A DNA stretch of 59,201 bases, counting the filler, from Squatina squatina (lineage: Eukaryota): assembly GCA_031763465.1 (NCBI GenBank). It is 3 parts of 3 records of this genome, joined end to end, with 100 filler letters (N's around TTAATTAATTAA, not from the genome) between each part and the next. Parts side by side here need not be neighbours in the genome. Positions count along the whole stretch, not along the records: positions 21,423 to 38,537 come from JARFOE010000080.1; positions 38,638 to 59,201 come from JARFOE010000120.1; 1 more part is not named here. One strand, given 5' to 3'. Position numbers and translations under genes: made by a program. Positions 25,701-38,925 of this stretch are shown piece after piece. Position 1 is the first letter of the stretch, and every line of letters begins with the position of its first letter. The notes under the pieces are model-generated. The model was given only the letters and a program-made list of their open reading frames with translations, ran no database searches and was not told where the DNA came from.

Positions 25701-28700
25701 GGGCTGATACTTGTGCATGTTGTATATCTCATTACAAACTCCTGAAGGATAATAAATGAATAACATTTTTAAAAATGTGTAGCATTTACTGACTGCACAG
25801 TGATTGCACTCAGATTTTGATGTTATATAGAAGATGGTACTGTTGCCTTTAGAAGTGCCTAGACCTCCCCAAAGAAATGACTCACTCACTCTTGTGCCTC
25901 TGCAGGCTGCCTGAGAGCAGTGATGCAAATGGCTAGAGTTTGTTCCAGCTGGTATTCTATCCAGTTGTGATTTTCCAGCCATTGGGCTGTATGTATCTCA
26001 TTGACTATAGGGAAAAGATAAATGCAGAATTCAAGTTACAAAATGCAATTTTCAAACTATGTAAGCTTTTGGATGCACAATTGTTTGTGGCTGGTACTTT
26101 TGGAATTTGTCCTCTATTGTAATGTATGTGGATTCCACTCTTGACTTGAAGTACTTCTCTAAAATAAATGAAATGTTAAATACAACCCTGTGAAGTTATT
26201 GGGCACTCTTTTTAGTCTATTAACCATAAATGTTTTGCAAAACATTACATGTCAAATTACAACTGTCTGTTCTAGACCCATTGATTTGGTGGCACTTTCA
26301 CAAGCTGGCTGATCGNNNNNNNNNNNNNNNNNNNNNNNNNNNNNNNNNNNNNNNNNNNNNNNNNNNNNNNNNNNNNNNNNNNNNNNNNNNNNNNNNNNNN
26401 NNNNNNNNNNNNNNNAAGTGACATGAGTGGGCAGAGAATACATGCTAATTGGCATAGGGGTTAATCCTTAATCTTCAATGGATTCTGTTTGATGATGGGG
26501 GAAGTCCACCCTGTTTGTGGTCTATTGAGTATTAGAATAGACCAAAGCCCATGAGGACAATAGTTAAGAGGCTAATCAGTCTTAAATCCATGGGATGTTG
26601 AGACTGGTCTTGCATGGTGGTAATAGAGAGGAGATGGTCCAAGAAAGGAAGAAACCAATGTTCAGTGACCACATCATTTCAGTTCCAAATGTAGCTGTTT
26701 TTACAGATGGATTTTGCTTTCAGCAGTTGAGTCATGTCTGAGGTTTAGGCTCAAACTGTGAGAACTCTGCTTACCAGTGACCCTTAACAGCTGTCAGTGA
26801 GGGGAGAGGCACTTAACCAGATCTCCTTGAGAGTAGATATTCATTTTCTTTGGCCTGAATTTGAACTCCAATCCCCGTTGGGATGACAGTATAATATATG
26901 CTGTTCCTCTGTAATGTGCATTGAAGTAAAATCCGATACCATGTCAGTTCAAATCATGCAGTACTGTAACATTTCAGTTGAAATGACATGGTACAATATC
27001 AGTGTGGTTCAAATTGCTTGATGCTATTGTGGGAGTCTACTGTTAACTAGACTAGCTGCCACTAGCAAAGTGCAACTTTAATGAAGACGGAATAACACCA
27101 GTCTTACAGACTGCATCTATAAATGGTATAAAGGACAACACTAGTGTTTTCAAGGACATAAAATTACATTGATGAATGTTTTAAGTTGGATCAAATGGTA
27201 CACAGGAACATAGTTTTTTGTTTGAGCATTCAAAGTAAATTAAATTTAGCTTCCCCTTTCCTTCCCTATTTTGTAAATTGTTCTTCCTAGTTGTAGCCCA
27301 TATCTGAGGACTTGATTTTGGATCCCTGCCATTAATGTTTTTCAGTCAACCATGAAATGATGCATAGTGCAGTGTGGATTGACCTTTCCCTCGCCCCTCA
27401 GGAAGTGCCTTGGTTGTTTCAACACAACACAGTTTGGATTCCACTTTTTCAACATTTTTCTATTCTATCCCTCCCTTTCCTAATTCTCCTCTTACCCAAC
27501 TGAAAGGGCAGGCAGATGACCTGTTAATAGAATAGAAATCTTCTGCATGTATCGTGGCTGCTGAGACAGATCAGAGAATCATTGGCTGACTCTTGGTGCT
27601 TTTCCCAATGACAACAGTGAGTTTGAAACTTGTATCATAACTCTAACCTAGCAAGTTAATGCTCCAAAAAAGCTGCGCTCCCTTGGTTATCATGATTTGA
27701 TACAGATACAGAGTTCATGAGGTTTACTTGCAGTAAAAATGCAGTTAACAAATTATGCCTGCTATTTTTTTTTAATGCTTGTTCTTGGGATGTTGGCGAC
27801 ACTGGAAAAGACTAGTTATTGTCCATCCCTAGTTGTCAACCACATAATGTGGGACTGGAGTTGCACATAGGCCAGACCAGGTAGGAAGTCCAGATTTGGC
27901 TAACTTGGCTCAGCACATCCTCCAGTGTCCTGTTGCTGTTTGAATCAGATTCAATGGCACTGCGATTGTGATCAGGAATTTAAATCTTAAGTGAGCAAAT
28001 TATTAGTGGTCAGTTTTGGCTGGATCCTGATGCACAAAATTGGGCAACCTCAAAGCGATTAGGTGGCGTCAGGAACCCTATGATTTCCCCCACCACCACT
28101 GGTCTGCCACTGAAGAACATTAGTGAACCAATTAGGTCTTTACAACAGGACAGTAGTTTTCATGGTCATTTTATCTGATGCCAGCCCACAGATTACTAAA
28201 TTTATTGAATTAATTTTCCCATCTTGTCATGGTAGGACTTAAAATCATGATCTCTGGATTATTTGTCCGGCACTATAAGCACGAAGCAACTGCACCCTTG
28301 CTTTAACAGAATGAAATTTCTCATCAAAATTGTGCTGTCTGGTTCTAAACCAGCATCACCTGAAAGGAAACTGGTTTGTAAACAGGGAAATATGATACAA
28401 TTACATTTACATCTTACCCATGAGGACAGTATTCCAGCTGCATATNNNNNNNNNNNNNNNNNNNNNNNNNNNNNNNNNNNNNNNNNNNNNNNNNNNNNNN
28501 NNNNNNNNNNNNNNNNNNNNNNNNNNNNNNNNNNNNNNNNNNNNNAATGGTGAGCCTTTATGACTAGACTTGAGCAATTTGTGTACTGTTTCCAAGGAAA
28601 TGTTAAAATTGGCTAAATAGCTACAAGGCTTTTGAGCTGCTTTTTGAAACTGATCCGTCCTGTGGGAAAACTAAATTGCATTCCCACTCATAAGAAATCT

Positions 28701-30404
28701 TAGCTTTCAGTTATGATTATGAACATTGTTTTTCTTCGACTTTCCTATTAGAGTCCCTGAGGCATGTAAACATTACCAAGTTAACTATAGTTCTCATGAC
28801 TTTTTGTTTATAATGAATTAAATATGATTTGATTTATTTTCTCATGCAGAAAAGTCAATTCTCAGCTCCTCATACATTTCAAATATTCATTTTTATTATA
28901 TTTGTCAAATTGCTATTGAATACTGTGATATATTTAATGAAAAACCTATGAGAGAAAGTGTGTATCTGGCATCAAGCCCAACTTTTAATTTGACTTAAGT
29001 AGGCTATGCTTAGCACAGAGATATTTTGATGATAGCATTCTTGCTCATTTGAATAGACCTACCCACTAATAATTTAGTTTTATTGCTGTTTTGGTGAACA
29101 AAGAAATAATAACTGCTAAAGCAGTACTTTACCTCCAGCTATAACATTACAATTCACAGGATGATAATCAAAACAGGTTTGGCATAAATACTTCCTGATC
29201 CCCAATAGTTGCAAAGCGCCGACTTTAGGCGCTGGTAGGTGAGAGTCCCCGCAGGTCCAGGAGGCACGGTGTTAACCTACCTTTGCAGTTGCTGCAGCTC
29301 AGGTAAGTCATAGTCAGGCAGAACGTTTGTCAAGATGGGAACACTGCTGGCCAAGAGTTCGGGGAGGATCGGCGAAGAAAGAAGAGGACGCGTCGTCCAA
29401 GATGCTCAGAGGCCACTTCGGCTCAAGACGGCAGAGGTCATCGGACAGGTAGGGTTGGTCCAGTGCCTGGTCCAGTGCTTGGTTCAGTTGCTGTTCCTTG
29501 TNNNNNNNNNNNNNNNNNNNNNNNNNNNNNNNNNNNNNNNNNNNNNNNNNNNNNNNNNNNNNNNNNNNNNNNNNNNNNNNNNNNNNNNNNNNNNNNNNNN
29601 NCTCACTAGAGCCATCATTCCATCCACCACCTGCCCAATATGCACTTAATATGAAAATCAGTCCCAGTGTCTTTTGTCCAACTTAGAACTGAATTATTGT
29701 TTTGGTTTAGAAATCAGGAAATGTCTTTATTTTCTCCTAGATTTATGCCCTTGCACCCAATATACTGTTCATCTTGAATGTCTATACAAGCATGTTGTTT
29801 TGTTATGTTTTGATTAAAGTATTGTAAATTCAGACAATCATCACTAAAGTTTACATGACTTTCTGGTATCAAGGTCTTGTTTCCTTTTGAAATGGGGCAT
29901 AACTGGATGAAAGCTGAGATGGCTACTTGTGGGACTTTGAATTTCCAATTATTGCAATAGCATGTCAGACCATTTAATTAACAATCATCAAGTTATATAG
30001 CTTCCCACTATCAAATTCTTATTTCCTTTTGAAACTGTGCATGACCAGATAGTATACAGTATGGCCACTAGGGGTATTTTTTGTGGTCACACAAAGACAG
30101 AAGACATAGTTACACAGTATTACGTAATATGACATAGTATTTACGCACAGGAACAGACCATCGGTACAACAGGTGCATGGTGATGTTTATGCTCCACGTG
30201 AGCCTTCTCCCATCCTTCTTCCTCGAACTCCATCAACATATCCTTCTATTCCTTTCTCCCTTGTGCATTTCTCCAGCTTCCCCTTAAAGGCATTTATGCT
30301 AGTCACCTCAAATACTCCTTGTGGNNNNNNNNNNACATTCTAACCACACTCTGGGTAGAGGTTTCTCCTGAATTCCCATAGTTAATCATTTTCACTTTTT
30401 TGCA

Positions 30405-30800
30405 AAATACTGCTTATGCTGGAAAACTTGGGGGAAAAAAAGCGCAGGAAATGCTGGAAACACTCAGCAGGTCAGGCAGCTGTAAAGAAAGGAACATATT
30501 GGCAGTTATGAGAACCTTTTAAAAGCTGTTCCTCTGTAATACCTTCCAGTTCTGATGAAGGGCTGCACCTGTAATATCAACAGAATACTACATTCTTCCA
30601 TAGTGTATCTTCCCCCATTCCCTTTGTTCTGTTCCTTTTTTATACATCATTCAGTTATTATATCTTTCAGTTCTGAGGAAAAATTTTCCAACTGAAATGT
30701 CAACTGTCTTGTTTTTTCTCGATGGATGCTGCCTGACCCGCTGAGTATCTCTCGTGTTTTCTGTTTTTGCTTCAAGTTTCCAGTACTGGCAGTATTTTGC
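30405..30800. mobile_element. Penelope-type terminal-repeat element with inverted arms
   Basis: ACTCAGCAGGTCAGGCAGC (~30462-30480) is mirrored by GCTGCCTGACCCGCTGAGT (~30728-30746). There are two internal CAGTTCTGANGAA motifs. A related copy lies at ~4420-4600. Confidence 0.6.
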
Positions 30801-30989
30801 TTTGTGTTCTTCTAACTTTTCTGTGCCATTCNNNNNNNNNNNNNNNNNNNNNNNNNNNNNNNNNNNNNNNNNNNNNNNNNNNNNNNNNNNNNNNNNNNNN
30901 NNNNNNNNNNNNNNNNNNNNNNNNNNNNNNNAAAACTCCTGAGCCTCTCGATCAGCTGTGTCTCTGCTCCCCTTGCTTGGAAAAGAGCC

Positions 30990-31711
30990 CGGAGGGAGCG
31001 CGAATGTCAGGGAGCGAGGTACGTGATGTCAGCGCAAGGGAAGGAACTGATTGGTAAGTCTTAAGTTTATTTCTGTTAAGTTACTTAAAAAAAGAAGTCA
31101 GTTAATATTTGATTAAATAAAGGCATGGAAGGGCAGTGTAGAGCAGCGCTATGCACATCCTATACCATGTGGGAGCTCCAGGACGCTTCCTGTGTCCTGG
31201 CCAACCACGTATGCAGGAGGTGTCGTCAGGTGGACGAGCTTGAGCTCCGGGTTTCGGAGCTTGAGCAGCAGCTGGTGTCGCTATGGTGCATCCGCGAGGC
31301 TGAGTGCTATGTGGTATAGCATGTCTCAGGCGGTGGTCACCCCGTAGCTAAGGAGTGTGCCGGCAGAGAGGGAATGGGTGACTGCGAGACAGAAGAGGAC
31401 CCCCAGGCAGGAAGTGCAGGAGTCCCCTGAGTGCATCTCACTCTCCAATTAATATTCTGTTCTGAGTACTGGTGAGTGTGATGGTTCTCCTGGGAAATGC
31501 AGCCAGAGCCAAGTCCATGGCACCACGGGTGTCTCTGTTATACAGCGGGGGAGGAGGAGGAAGACAAGGAAAGCAATGTTGGTAGGGGATTCTAATAGTT
31601 AGGGGAGCAGACAGGCGTTTCTGTGGCTGCAGATGTGACTCGAGGATGGTACGTTGGCTCCCTGTTGCCAGGGTTAAGGATGTCACTGAGCGGTCCAGAA
31701 CATTCTGAGGG
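30990..31711 (+). mobile_element. CR1 LINE 5' region/ORF1 (zinc finger, coiled coil, SGNH esterase), degenerate
   Basis: CTSYTMWE...HVCRRCRQVDELELRVSELEQQLVSL, then VGD(S)-IVRGADRRFCG...SRMV..LP.ARVKDV esterase motif. Confidence 0.8.
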
Positions 31712-32724
31712 NNNNNNNNNNNNNNNNNNNNNNNNNNNNNNNNNNNNNNNNNNNNNNNNNNNNNNNNNNNNNNNNNNNNNNNNNNNNNNNNNNNNNNNNN
31801 NNNNNNNNNNNAGAAGAGGTAACAAAGAGGATGGCAATTGGAGGGAAAATAATATGTTTTTTAAAACTCCCTCTCTCAAGTAGAGGCAATTAACAAAACC
31901 ATTGCTGCCCAGCCAAGGCACAGCAGTATGCATGCATTTACAGTGATACATTTAAATGAATGTACTTATAGACCACAGAAATGCAAATTTCTACTTCTGG
32001 CTGGTTAAAAATTATTTAAAGACTTCCAAATTAATCAACTGTTCTAAAATTGATTATTCCATATAACCTAAAATCCACAAAATCAGTTTTTAAATTGTTT
32101 TCCTATCATGTGGCACAAAACTGCTGTAGTTAGTGGTGATAAGGAAACACTGGCAACAAATGGCGAAATTGGAACAAGAACATTGGGAAAAGGGAAGCTG
32201 AAGGATAATTATGTGTTGTAACTCACTCAGTCCATGGATCAAAGTGACAGCAGAGCGCCTAGACCTGCTGTTCAGTTCCTGAAATGCCATCAATAGTGTG
32301 CTCAATGGTTTATTTTAATGAAGACAAACTGGAAGTTTGGGTGCTGAGTTTGCACTCCAGCAGTGCAAATTTTGTTACTTATCACATGAAAGATAATTTA
32401 GTTGGAATACTTCTGCAATTTCAACTTAAGAATGAAATAGATTTGTTCCTTTTTAATGAAGGACCTAACACATAAAATTGCCACGAAAACTGAAAACCAG
32501 TACACTACAATATTTTGGGTAAACAGTGGAAAATTCTATGAACTGCCTTATTTCTCAGAATAATGTACAGTAAATAATCTATTTCAGTCTTAATGTTATG
32601 CTTGTAGCAGCTCAATTTGTGATTTTAGATCAAACTATTAAATTGAAATTTTAATACGACTTATTACGTATTTGTTTTTTGTCAAAATTGTCAAGTTATT
32701 AATAACACCATTGTTTTTTTCCAG

Positions 32725-32761
32725 ATATACACTCTGCCTCTTCTTAACAAGAAAGAAGAAC
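32725..32761 (+). CDS. ARHGAP42: ARHGAP42 (GRAF3) exon, PH-GAP linker
   Basis: ttttttccag|IYTLPLLNKKEE(L)|gtaaga. Phase is compatible with the next exon. Confidence 0.85.
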
Positions 32762-33457
32762 GTAAGAAATCTTCTGGTTACAAAATAAAATGCATTGATA
32801 AATATACCTTCTTGTTCCTCACACATTCTTCTGTTAAAGATTTTATCTTTAAGGTTATACTTTAAGGTTGTAACTCTGCTAAATCATAATCAACTACCAA
32901 AGCATGGTGGCATAGATTGTTAGCCAGTACACACCAAATAATGCAGTAGAAAAGTATATTTCAGGCCATAAAATTCATGCAAATTACTTTGAACCTTTTG
33001 AATATCAATTACATGAAATTGGGTAGCATATCAAAAGCATCTCATTCCTTCCATAAATTAGATAAAATGCATAGCCATTTGTCAGTCAAGAAAAACTCTA
33101 ACCCTAAACTTGCATTTATTTAGAGCCAATAAAGTCACTCTTGTTACATAGACAAATTCAGCAGCCAATTTGCACACACCAATGCACCGCAAACAACAAT
33201 AAGCTAAATGACTNNNNNNNNNNNNNNNNNNNNNNNNNNNNNNNNNNNNNNNNNNNNNNNNNNNNNNNNNNNNNNNNNNNNNNNNNNNNNNNNNNNNNNN
33301 NNNNNNNNNNNNNAAAACTCAAGTTAATGTTGATGAAATTAAGCTGCATGACTAGCAAGGATAACACTGCCAATTTTGATGTGTTTTGTTCTCCTGAATT
33401 TACTGATTTAATTCTTTAATTAGTTGTGAAACTAAGGGACTCAATTTTGTTTTGCAG

Positions 33458-33520
33458 TGTACCTTAACGAGGCAGGTTTTAATTTTGTAAAGAAATGCAT
33501 TGAAGCTGTGGAGACGAGAG
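33458..33520 (+). CDS. ARHGAP42: ARHGAP42 exon, start of RhoGAP domain
   Basis: tttgcag|(L)[20 protein letters not shown](G)|gtatga. Closer to recalled ARHGAP42 ([21 protein letters not shown]) than to OPHN1. Confidence 0.9.
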
Positions 33521-35359
33521 GTATGAGACTGACTGCTGTTTCTTAACATTTTTAAGCAATGTCTCCTAAATTGGCAATTATATTAAAATCACGAGTCTGT
33601 CTCTCGTAACTTTGCACATCGGAAATCAAGTCCAAGTGTATTATTCAGGTTGAGCAGCATTAAAGGATGGGGGACTAATTACACCATGCAGGGCAAGGAG
33701 GCAGATTGTAGTGGAGGAGGAGATGGGAAGAGGGACAGGGAAAGAGAAAGGAGAGAGGAAAGGGGAAAGAGACAGGAGGGAGAAGAGAGGGTAGTGGCAG
33801 GGTGGTGCAACATGGGAAGGGGAAGTGGATGGTCGGAGACAGATGGAGAATGGGGTGGGAGGCAAAATCTCTGGAGAAGAGTCTCAGTGAAGGAGTAGTA
33901 TTGAGAGGCCCTCTGGGTTTTTGAATACAAGGTGGGANNNNNNNNNNNNNNNNNNNNNNNNNNNNNNNNNNNNNNNNNNNNNNNNNNNNNNNNNNNNNNN
34001 NNNNNNNNNNNNNNNNNNNNNNNNNNNNNNNNNNNNNTGTTAAATTTAGCGCCGAAAATCAGCGTTAAGCCATTAATGCTGATTTAATGTTAGTTTAACG
34101 CTTTTATAAAAAAAAAGGACGAATTGGGCGGCCCAAATATTTTTCAGAGAAAGAAATAAAGTAGGACGACAGAAAAATTTAATCAATAGAAAGAGTGAAA
34201 TGCAATAATGTCCACATTCAGACTTGGCCAAAAGAGATGTAGTTAAATTAGTACCAGTAGTTGAAGTGAAATTTGTTGAACCCTGCATAACATTTGACCT
34301 GCTTTTGTAAAGGTTGTCTGCCCCACAACCTGATGTATGACTGCCACATAGGAATTTTTGCTTTAGAGGCCATTTAGTAAATCTCATGATTTTTTTTGGA
34401 TGTGGGAGCTGACTCCATGTCTGCTCATAATATTGCTAAGAGCCAGCATGTAGATGAAGAAGGGGGGGGGGGGCGAGGATGGATCCTTGGATGACTCCAC
34501 TGGTGATAGTTTGAGGATGGGGAAAAAAACTAGACAGTGGAGGAGAGACATTGGAGGTGTATGCTGTGATTGTCTATATTGAAGACTGTAGGGAGGTTAA
34601 GGAAGGATGATGCATCACAATCACAGCCACAGAGACTAGAAATGAGATTTACTGCATCCTTTCCCAGAACCACAAAACTGAGAACCACAAAACTGTAAAC
34701 CACTTTACCTCAATCATTCTTTCCTTCCTCCTACATTCAACATGCATTTAGAACCTAAGCCAGTTTCATATAACCACAATTTCTTGATTTACCACATTTT
34801 TTCCATACATTTTTTCAATTTTAATGGTTTTGGCTCTTCAAGTAGGTTTCTCCCTGGAAAAAAAATTAATTTTGGTAAATATTTCCAGTAAATTACAGTC
34901 TACGTTTCACAATCAAGATTGTATAAATATGATTGACTCTTAAAGTACAGGGCAAATATCAACATGGGTAAAATTCCATACAAATGGAGGCTTGTGGCAA
35001 GTTGGAAATAGATGAGGTTCTTGATGTAAAATTCAGGTCTGGAGGTTGGCAGGAGGAGAGAGGATGAAGAGTGTTCTTGACAATCGCTTCAGAAGTTAAC
35101 TTTCCATTCTCTAAAGGTTCAGATTTTAACATTCGGCCCATCGTGTGTGGCCAAGGCGCTAATCTAATCTACAGCCCTTCTCTGTTGCAATTCCATGCAT
35201 TTGCTATGGTCATCTTGTGTTGATTAGGTGTTTTTGTTGCCACTTTGGGAGCTTCTGGANNNNNNNNNNNNNNNNNNNNNNNNNNNNNNNNNNNNNNNNN
35301 NNNNNNNNNNNNNNNNNNNNNNNNNNNNNNNNNNNNNNNNNNNNNNNNNNNNNNNNNNN

Positions 35360-35795
35360 TTCAGCTCGTGCTACTCCCTGCCCTTTCCCCGTAGCCCTGC
35401 AAATTTTCATTGGGCACTTATCAAATTCCATTTCAAAACCAGCATTGAATCTACCTCCACTACCCTTTCAGGCAGTGCATTCCAGATCCTAACCACTCGA
35501 TACGTAAAAAAGTTTTTCCTCAATTTGCCTTTGGTTCTTCTGCCAATCACCTTAAATCTGTGTCCTATGGTTCTCGACCCTTCTGCCAATGGGAACAGTT
35601 TCTCTCCAACTAGGACTCTGTCTAGACCCCTCATGATTTTGAACACCTCCATCAAATCTCCTCTCAACCTTCTCTGCTCCAGGGAGAACAACCCCAGCTT
35701 CTCCAGTCTATCCACGTAACTGAAGTCCTTCATCCCTGGAATCATTCTCGTAAATCTTTTCTGCACCCTCTCTAAGGCCTTCGCATCCTTCCTGT
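35360..35795 (-). mobile_element. CR1 LINE 3' end
   Basis: QKRFTRMIPGMKDFSYVDRLEKLGLFSLEQRRLRGDL...KNFFTYRVVRIWNALP. Confidence 0.9.
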
Positions 35796-36774
35796 CAGCA
35801 ACTTGATTTTTTTTAAGTGGTATTGAACTTCCTCTTTACTAGTGTTTCTATGTCGACAGATTCTCGGTGGAAAACTGGATGCAGGTCCAGAATTTCCAGA
35901 TCAGGTAGTCTATCGGATTTCCAATGAGCTTGAGAACTGTACAACTAGGCACCACAATCCTCGGCAAAGGCCTGAAGTGATTGTCTGTCTGCATTTTCTC
36001 CAAGAATCTCCAGTAACCATTTTGCTATGTGGTGCTTATCTCAGTATCCAGGCAGAAAGGACTCCTGGATTAAGCTGGAGTAAAGATGGTGGCACGGGAG
36101 GGGGAGTGAGAAATGCAGTCGAAGGGCTAATTCGAGAAATCAAAGGAGCACAAGAGGAAGAGAAGCAACCAAGAACCTGCAAAAATAATACAAAGAGTAA
36201 ATGAAAGCTGCAGTGAATGAAAATAAACAGCCAATTAAAAATGTCTTAAAATAATCTGAGATTTTGAAAATCCTCCACACAAAAAAAAAGAACAAAAAAA
36301 ATTACATTTATGGAAAGAGGCAGGAGAAAGGGGTTTTAAGAGAACAGGTGGTGATTTACATAATGTATGCATTAATTTCAAACTTAATTGTCGATGATAT
36401 TTCCAGTATTCTGGGCTGACTACTAGAGGGGGAAAATTCAGTTAGTAAAATAGTAGTTCTTCCATTGTGTCAAGGCTGTCTATTTGTTGTTGCATGTGTT
36501 GCATAAGTTCTTCCATAAGTTAACTCGATTTCCTAAACAGGATGTGCTAAAAGCAATTAATGTGCTCGATTGCTGTGCCTGTCATTCTAGCTAATGTGAA
36601 GGAGAGGGGGACTGGCCACAATAGGTCATAGATAGCGTTAATATTTCAAAATACATTCTTCTTTAAACAAAAAGTACCCATGTATGAACTGAAATGTCAA
36701 TTTACCTACTAATATTATTTCTAATAACACTTCAAAAAGTATTAATACAGTGCATCTATTATACTTTTCTACAG

Positions 36775-36880
36775 AGTCAGATGACCAGAATTACAGAGTT
36801 CGTGCTGTTCATGCACTGGTTTATAAACTCCCAGACAAGAACAGAGAGATGCTCGACCTTTTGCTAAAACATTTGGTGAA
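36775..36880 (+). CDS. ARHGAP42: ARHGAP42 RhoGAP exon
   Basis: ttttctacag|(K)[34 protein letters not shown](K)|gtaagt. Confidence 0.92.
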
Positions 36881-36959
36881 GTAAGTAGTTGCATTTTTCT
36901 TTAGTCATTGCGAGACTTCTGCCAACAATGATCACAGTCATCACTTTTTAGAAATGTAA

Positions 36960-37592
36960 TGGGCGCTAATGGGACGTTAGAGGAAAAGATGGTGTCGGGA
37001 GGTGGCCATCTTGCCTCCTGGGAAATTGAGCTAGGCCTTTATGCCTGGCCAGCTGAATTTTGCGATGGGTCGGCGCATAACGCCATCAAAAGACGCGCCG
37101 ATCGACACCGCACAANNNNNNNNNNGTGCGGGGCAATTGCAGCGACAGCAAAGCCTCTCACTGCAATGGGGCTGTTAAAGGTGAGGGCGGCTGTGCCTCT
37201 AGCCGTCATCTTTATTTTGGAGTCGGCCGTAAAATGGTGGCCCTTGACCGGATCGGGCCACCATCCCCTCGCCTGGCACACATTCCAGGCTGGTGGCCCG
37301 GTCACCGGCGTCCCAGTGTCCGGCTGCAGGGTGCTGTCAGGATGGCCGGCGGCCCTCCCCTTTAAGGAAGGCCTGGCTGTGCTGCTGACGCAGATGATGT
37401 GGCGCTGAAGCCACACCACTGGCGTCCAAGGCCTGCCACCCCAGGAGTGACCGGGGGCATGCTGCAACTCGCAGGTGCCCCGGATTGCTGAATTCTGGGA
37501 GGGGTGTGTGGTAGGGCGGGCGCCAGAGAGCGAAATGCTGGCTCCTGCCCCTACACGTTTTCAGCGTGGCGCCCATCAATTTCAAGCCCTTG
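36960..37592. mobile_element. GC-rich non-autonomous DNA transposon/MITE-like insertion in ARHGAP42 intron
   Basis: A sharp CpG-rich block ending in AATTTCAAGCCC, similar to the AATTTCAGGCCC termini elsewhere in the window. Confidence 0.5.
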
Positions 37593-38016
37593 ATATTATT
37601 TCTATTGTGTAAGGTGTAATTTCCTGTTTTTTGACACGGTTTATAATTTCACCGTCTAGCAATGTTAAAAATTCACTCAAGTGAAATCTAGCTAATGCTA
37701 ATGGATACCTTGGAGTTAATTGAATGGCCTAATCTAATTGAAGGGTACAAGTGATGCTGGTAATGGCTAGAGTGAAGTTTGAGTGATTTAGTAATATCCA
37801 ATGATTTTCTCAAATCAAATTAATCTACAAATCATCAACTGAAGTCTTAATTTTAAAGTAAAAATTCCACTGTTTNNNNNNNNNNNNNNNNNNNNNNNNN
37901 NNNNNNNNNNNNNNNNNNNNNNNNNNNNNNNNNNNNNNNNNNNNNNNNNNNNNNNNNNNNNNNNNNNNNNNNNNNTGTATATGATAAGTGAACATTTTCA
38001 TCTTCTGTAATTGCAG

Positions 38017-38176
38017 AGTATCCACTCACAGTCAAAAAAACCTGATGACTATATCCAACTTGGGTGTTATTTTTGGACCAACATTAATGAGATCCCAAGA
38101 GGAGACTGTAGCAGCTATGATGAACATTAAATTTCAGAACATTGTGGTTGAGATTCTGATAGAGACTTATGAAAAG
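38017..38176 (+). CDS. ARHGAP42: ARHGAP42 RhoGAP C-terminal exon
   Basis: ttgcag|[53 protein letters not shown]|gtactg. Confidence 0.92.
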
Positions 38177-38537
38177 GTACTGTATGAGCTACCTATTTTC
38201 AGTGGTTGCATTTTATATTTTAAGTCGTTAATCTTCATTGGCATTGGTCATAGATAAAAATGAAACAAAATTGTGTGTCCCTCTCTCACTGTCCCTGCCT
38301 GTTTCATATTCTTTATCCCAAATATCTTTCTATTGGTCTTTCTCTTTTGCCTTCTCCCTTTCTCACAGTTTTTGACTGGTTTGTTTCCTTCACTCCTTTC
38401 TGTAAGTCGCTCCATCATTAAATCTTGTCCCACCAGTAAGCTTCCCACTCATTGTATTCCTCTACACACAGTCGGTCTACCTGGCTCTTTCTCTCTCGCG
38501 CGCTCCCTCTCTCTCTGTGTTACTCAGCACCTCCCGC

Positions 38538-38637
38538 NNNNNNNNNNNNNNNNNNNNNNNNNNNNNNNNNNNNNNNNNNNNTTAATTAATTAANNNNNNN
38601 NNNNNNNNNNNNNNNNNNNNNNNNNNNNNNNNNNNNN
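38538..38637. other. Artificial scaffold linker N44-TTAATTAATTAA-N44
   Basis: Same structure as 21323-21422. Gene context switches from ARHGAP42 to NEDD1/CFAP54/CDK17 across it. Confidence 0.95.
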
Positions 38638-38639
38638 CT

Positions 38640-38925
38640 AGGGCAGTTAAGATTGCGGAGGAACTCACATGTAGGACTAGAGTCACAAATGCCAGAGTGT
38701 GTAAGGACGTTATGTTTCTTTACCTAAAGGACATTAGTGAACCAGTTGGGGTTTTACAACAATCCAACAGCCTCATTGTCACTTTTACTGAGACCAGCTT
38801 TTTATTTCCAGATTTTTTTAAATACTGAATTCAAATTCTCAAATGCCATGGTGGGATTTGAACTCATGTTCCTTGGATTATTAATTCTGGCCTCTGAATT
38901 ACTAGTTCAGTAACATAACCACTTT
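38640..38925 (-). mobile_element. tRNA-headed SINE-like repeat
   Basis: Homologous to 12532-12745 and 28105-28290. Confidence 0.7.
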
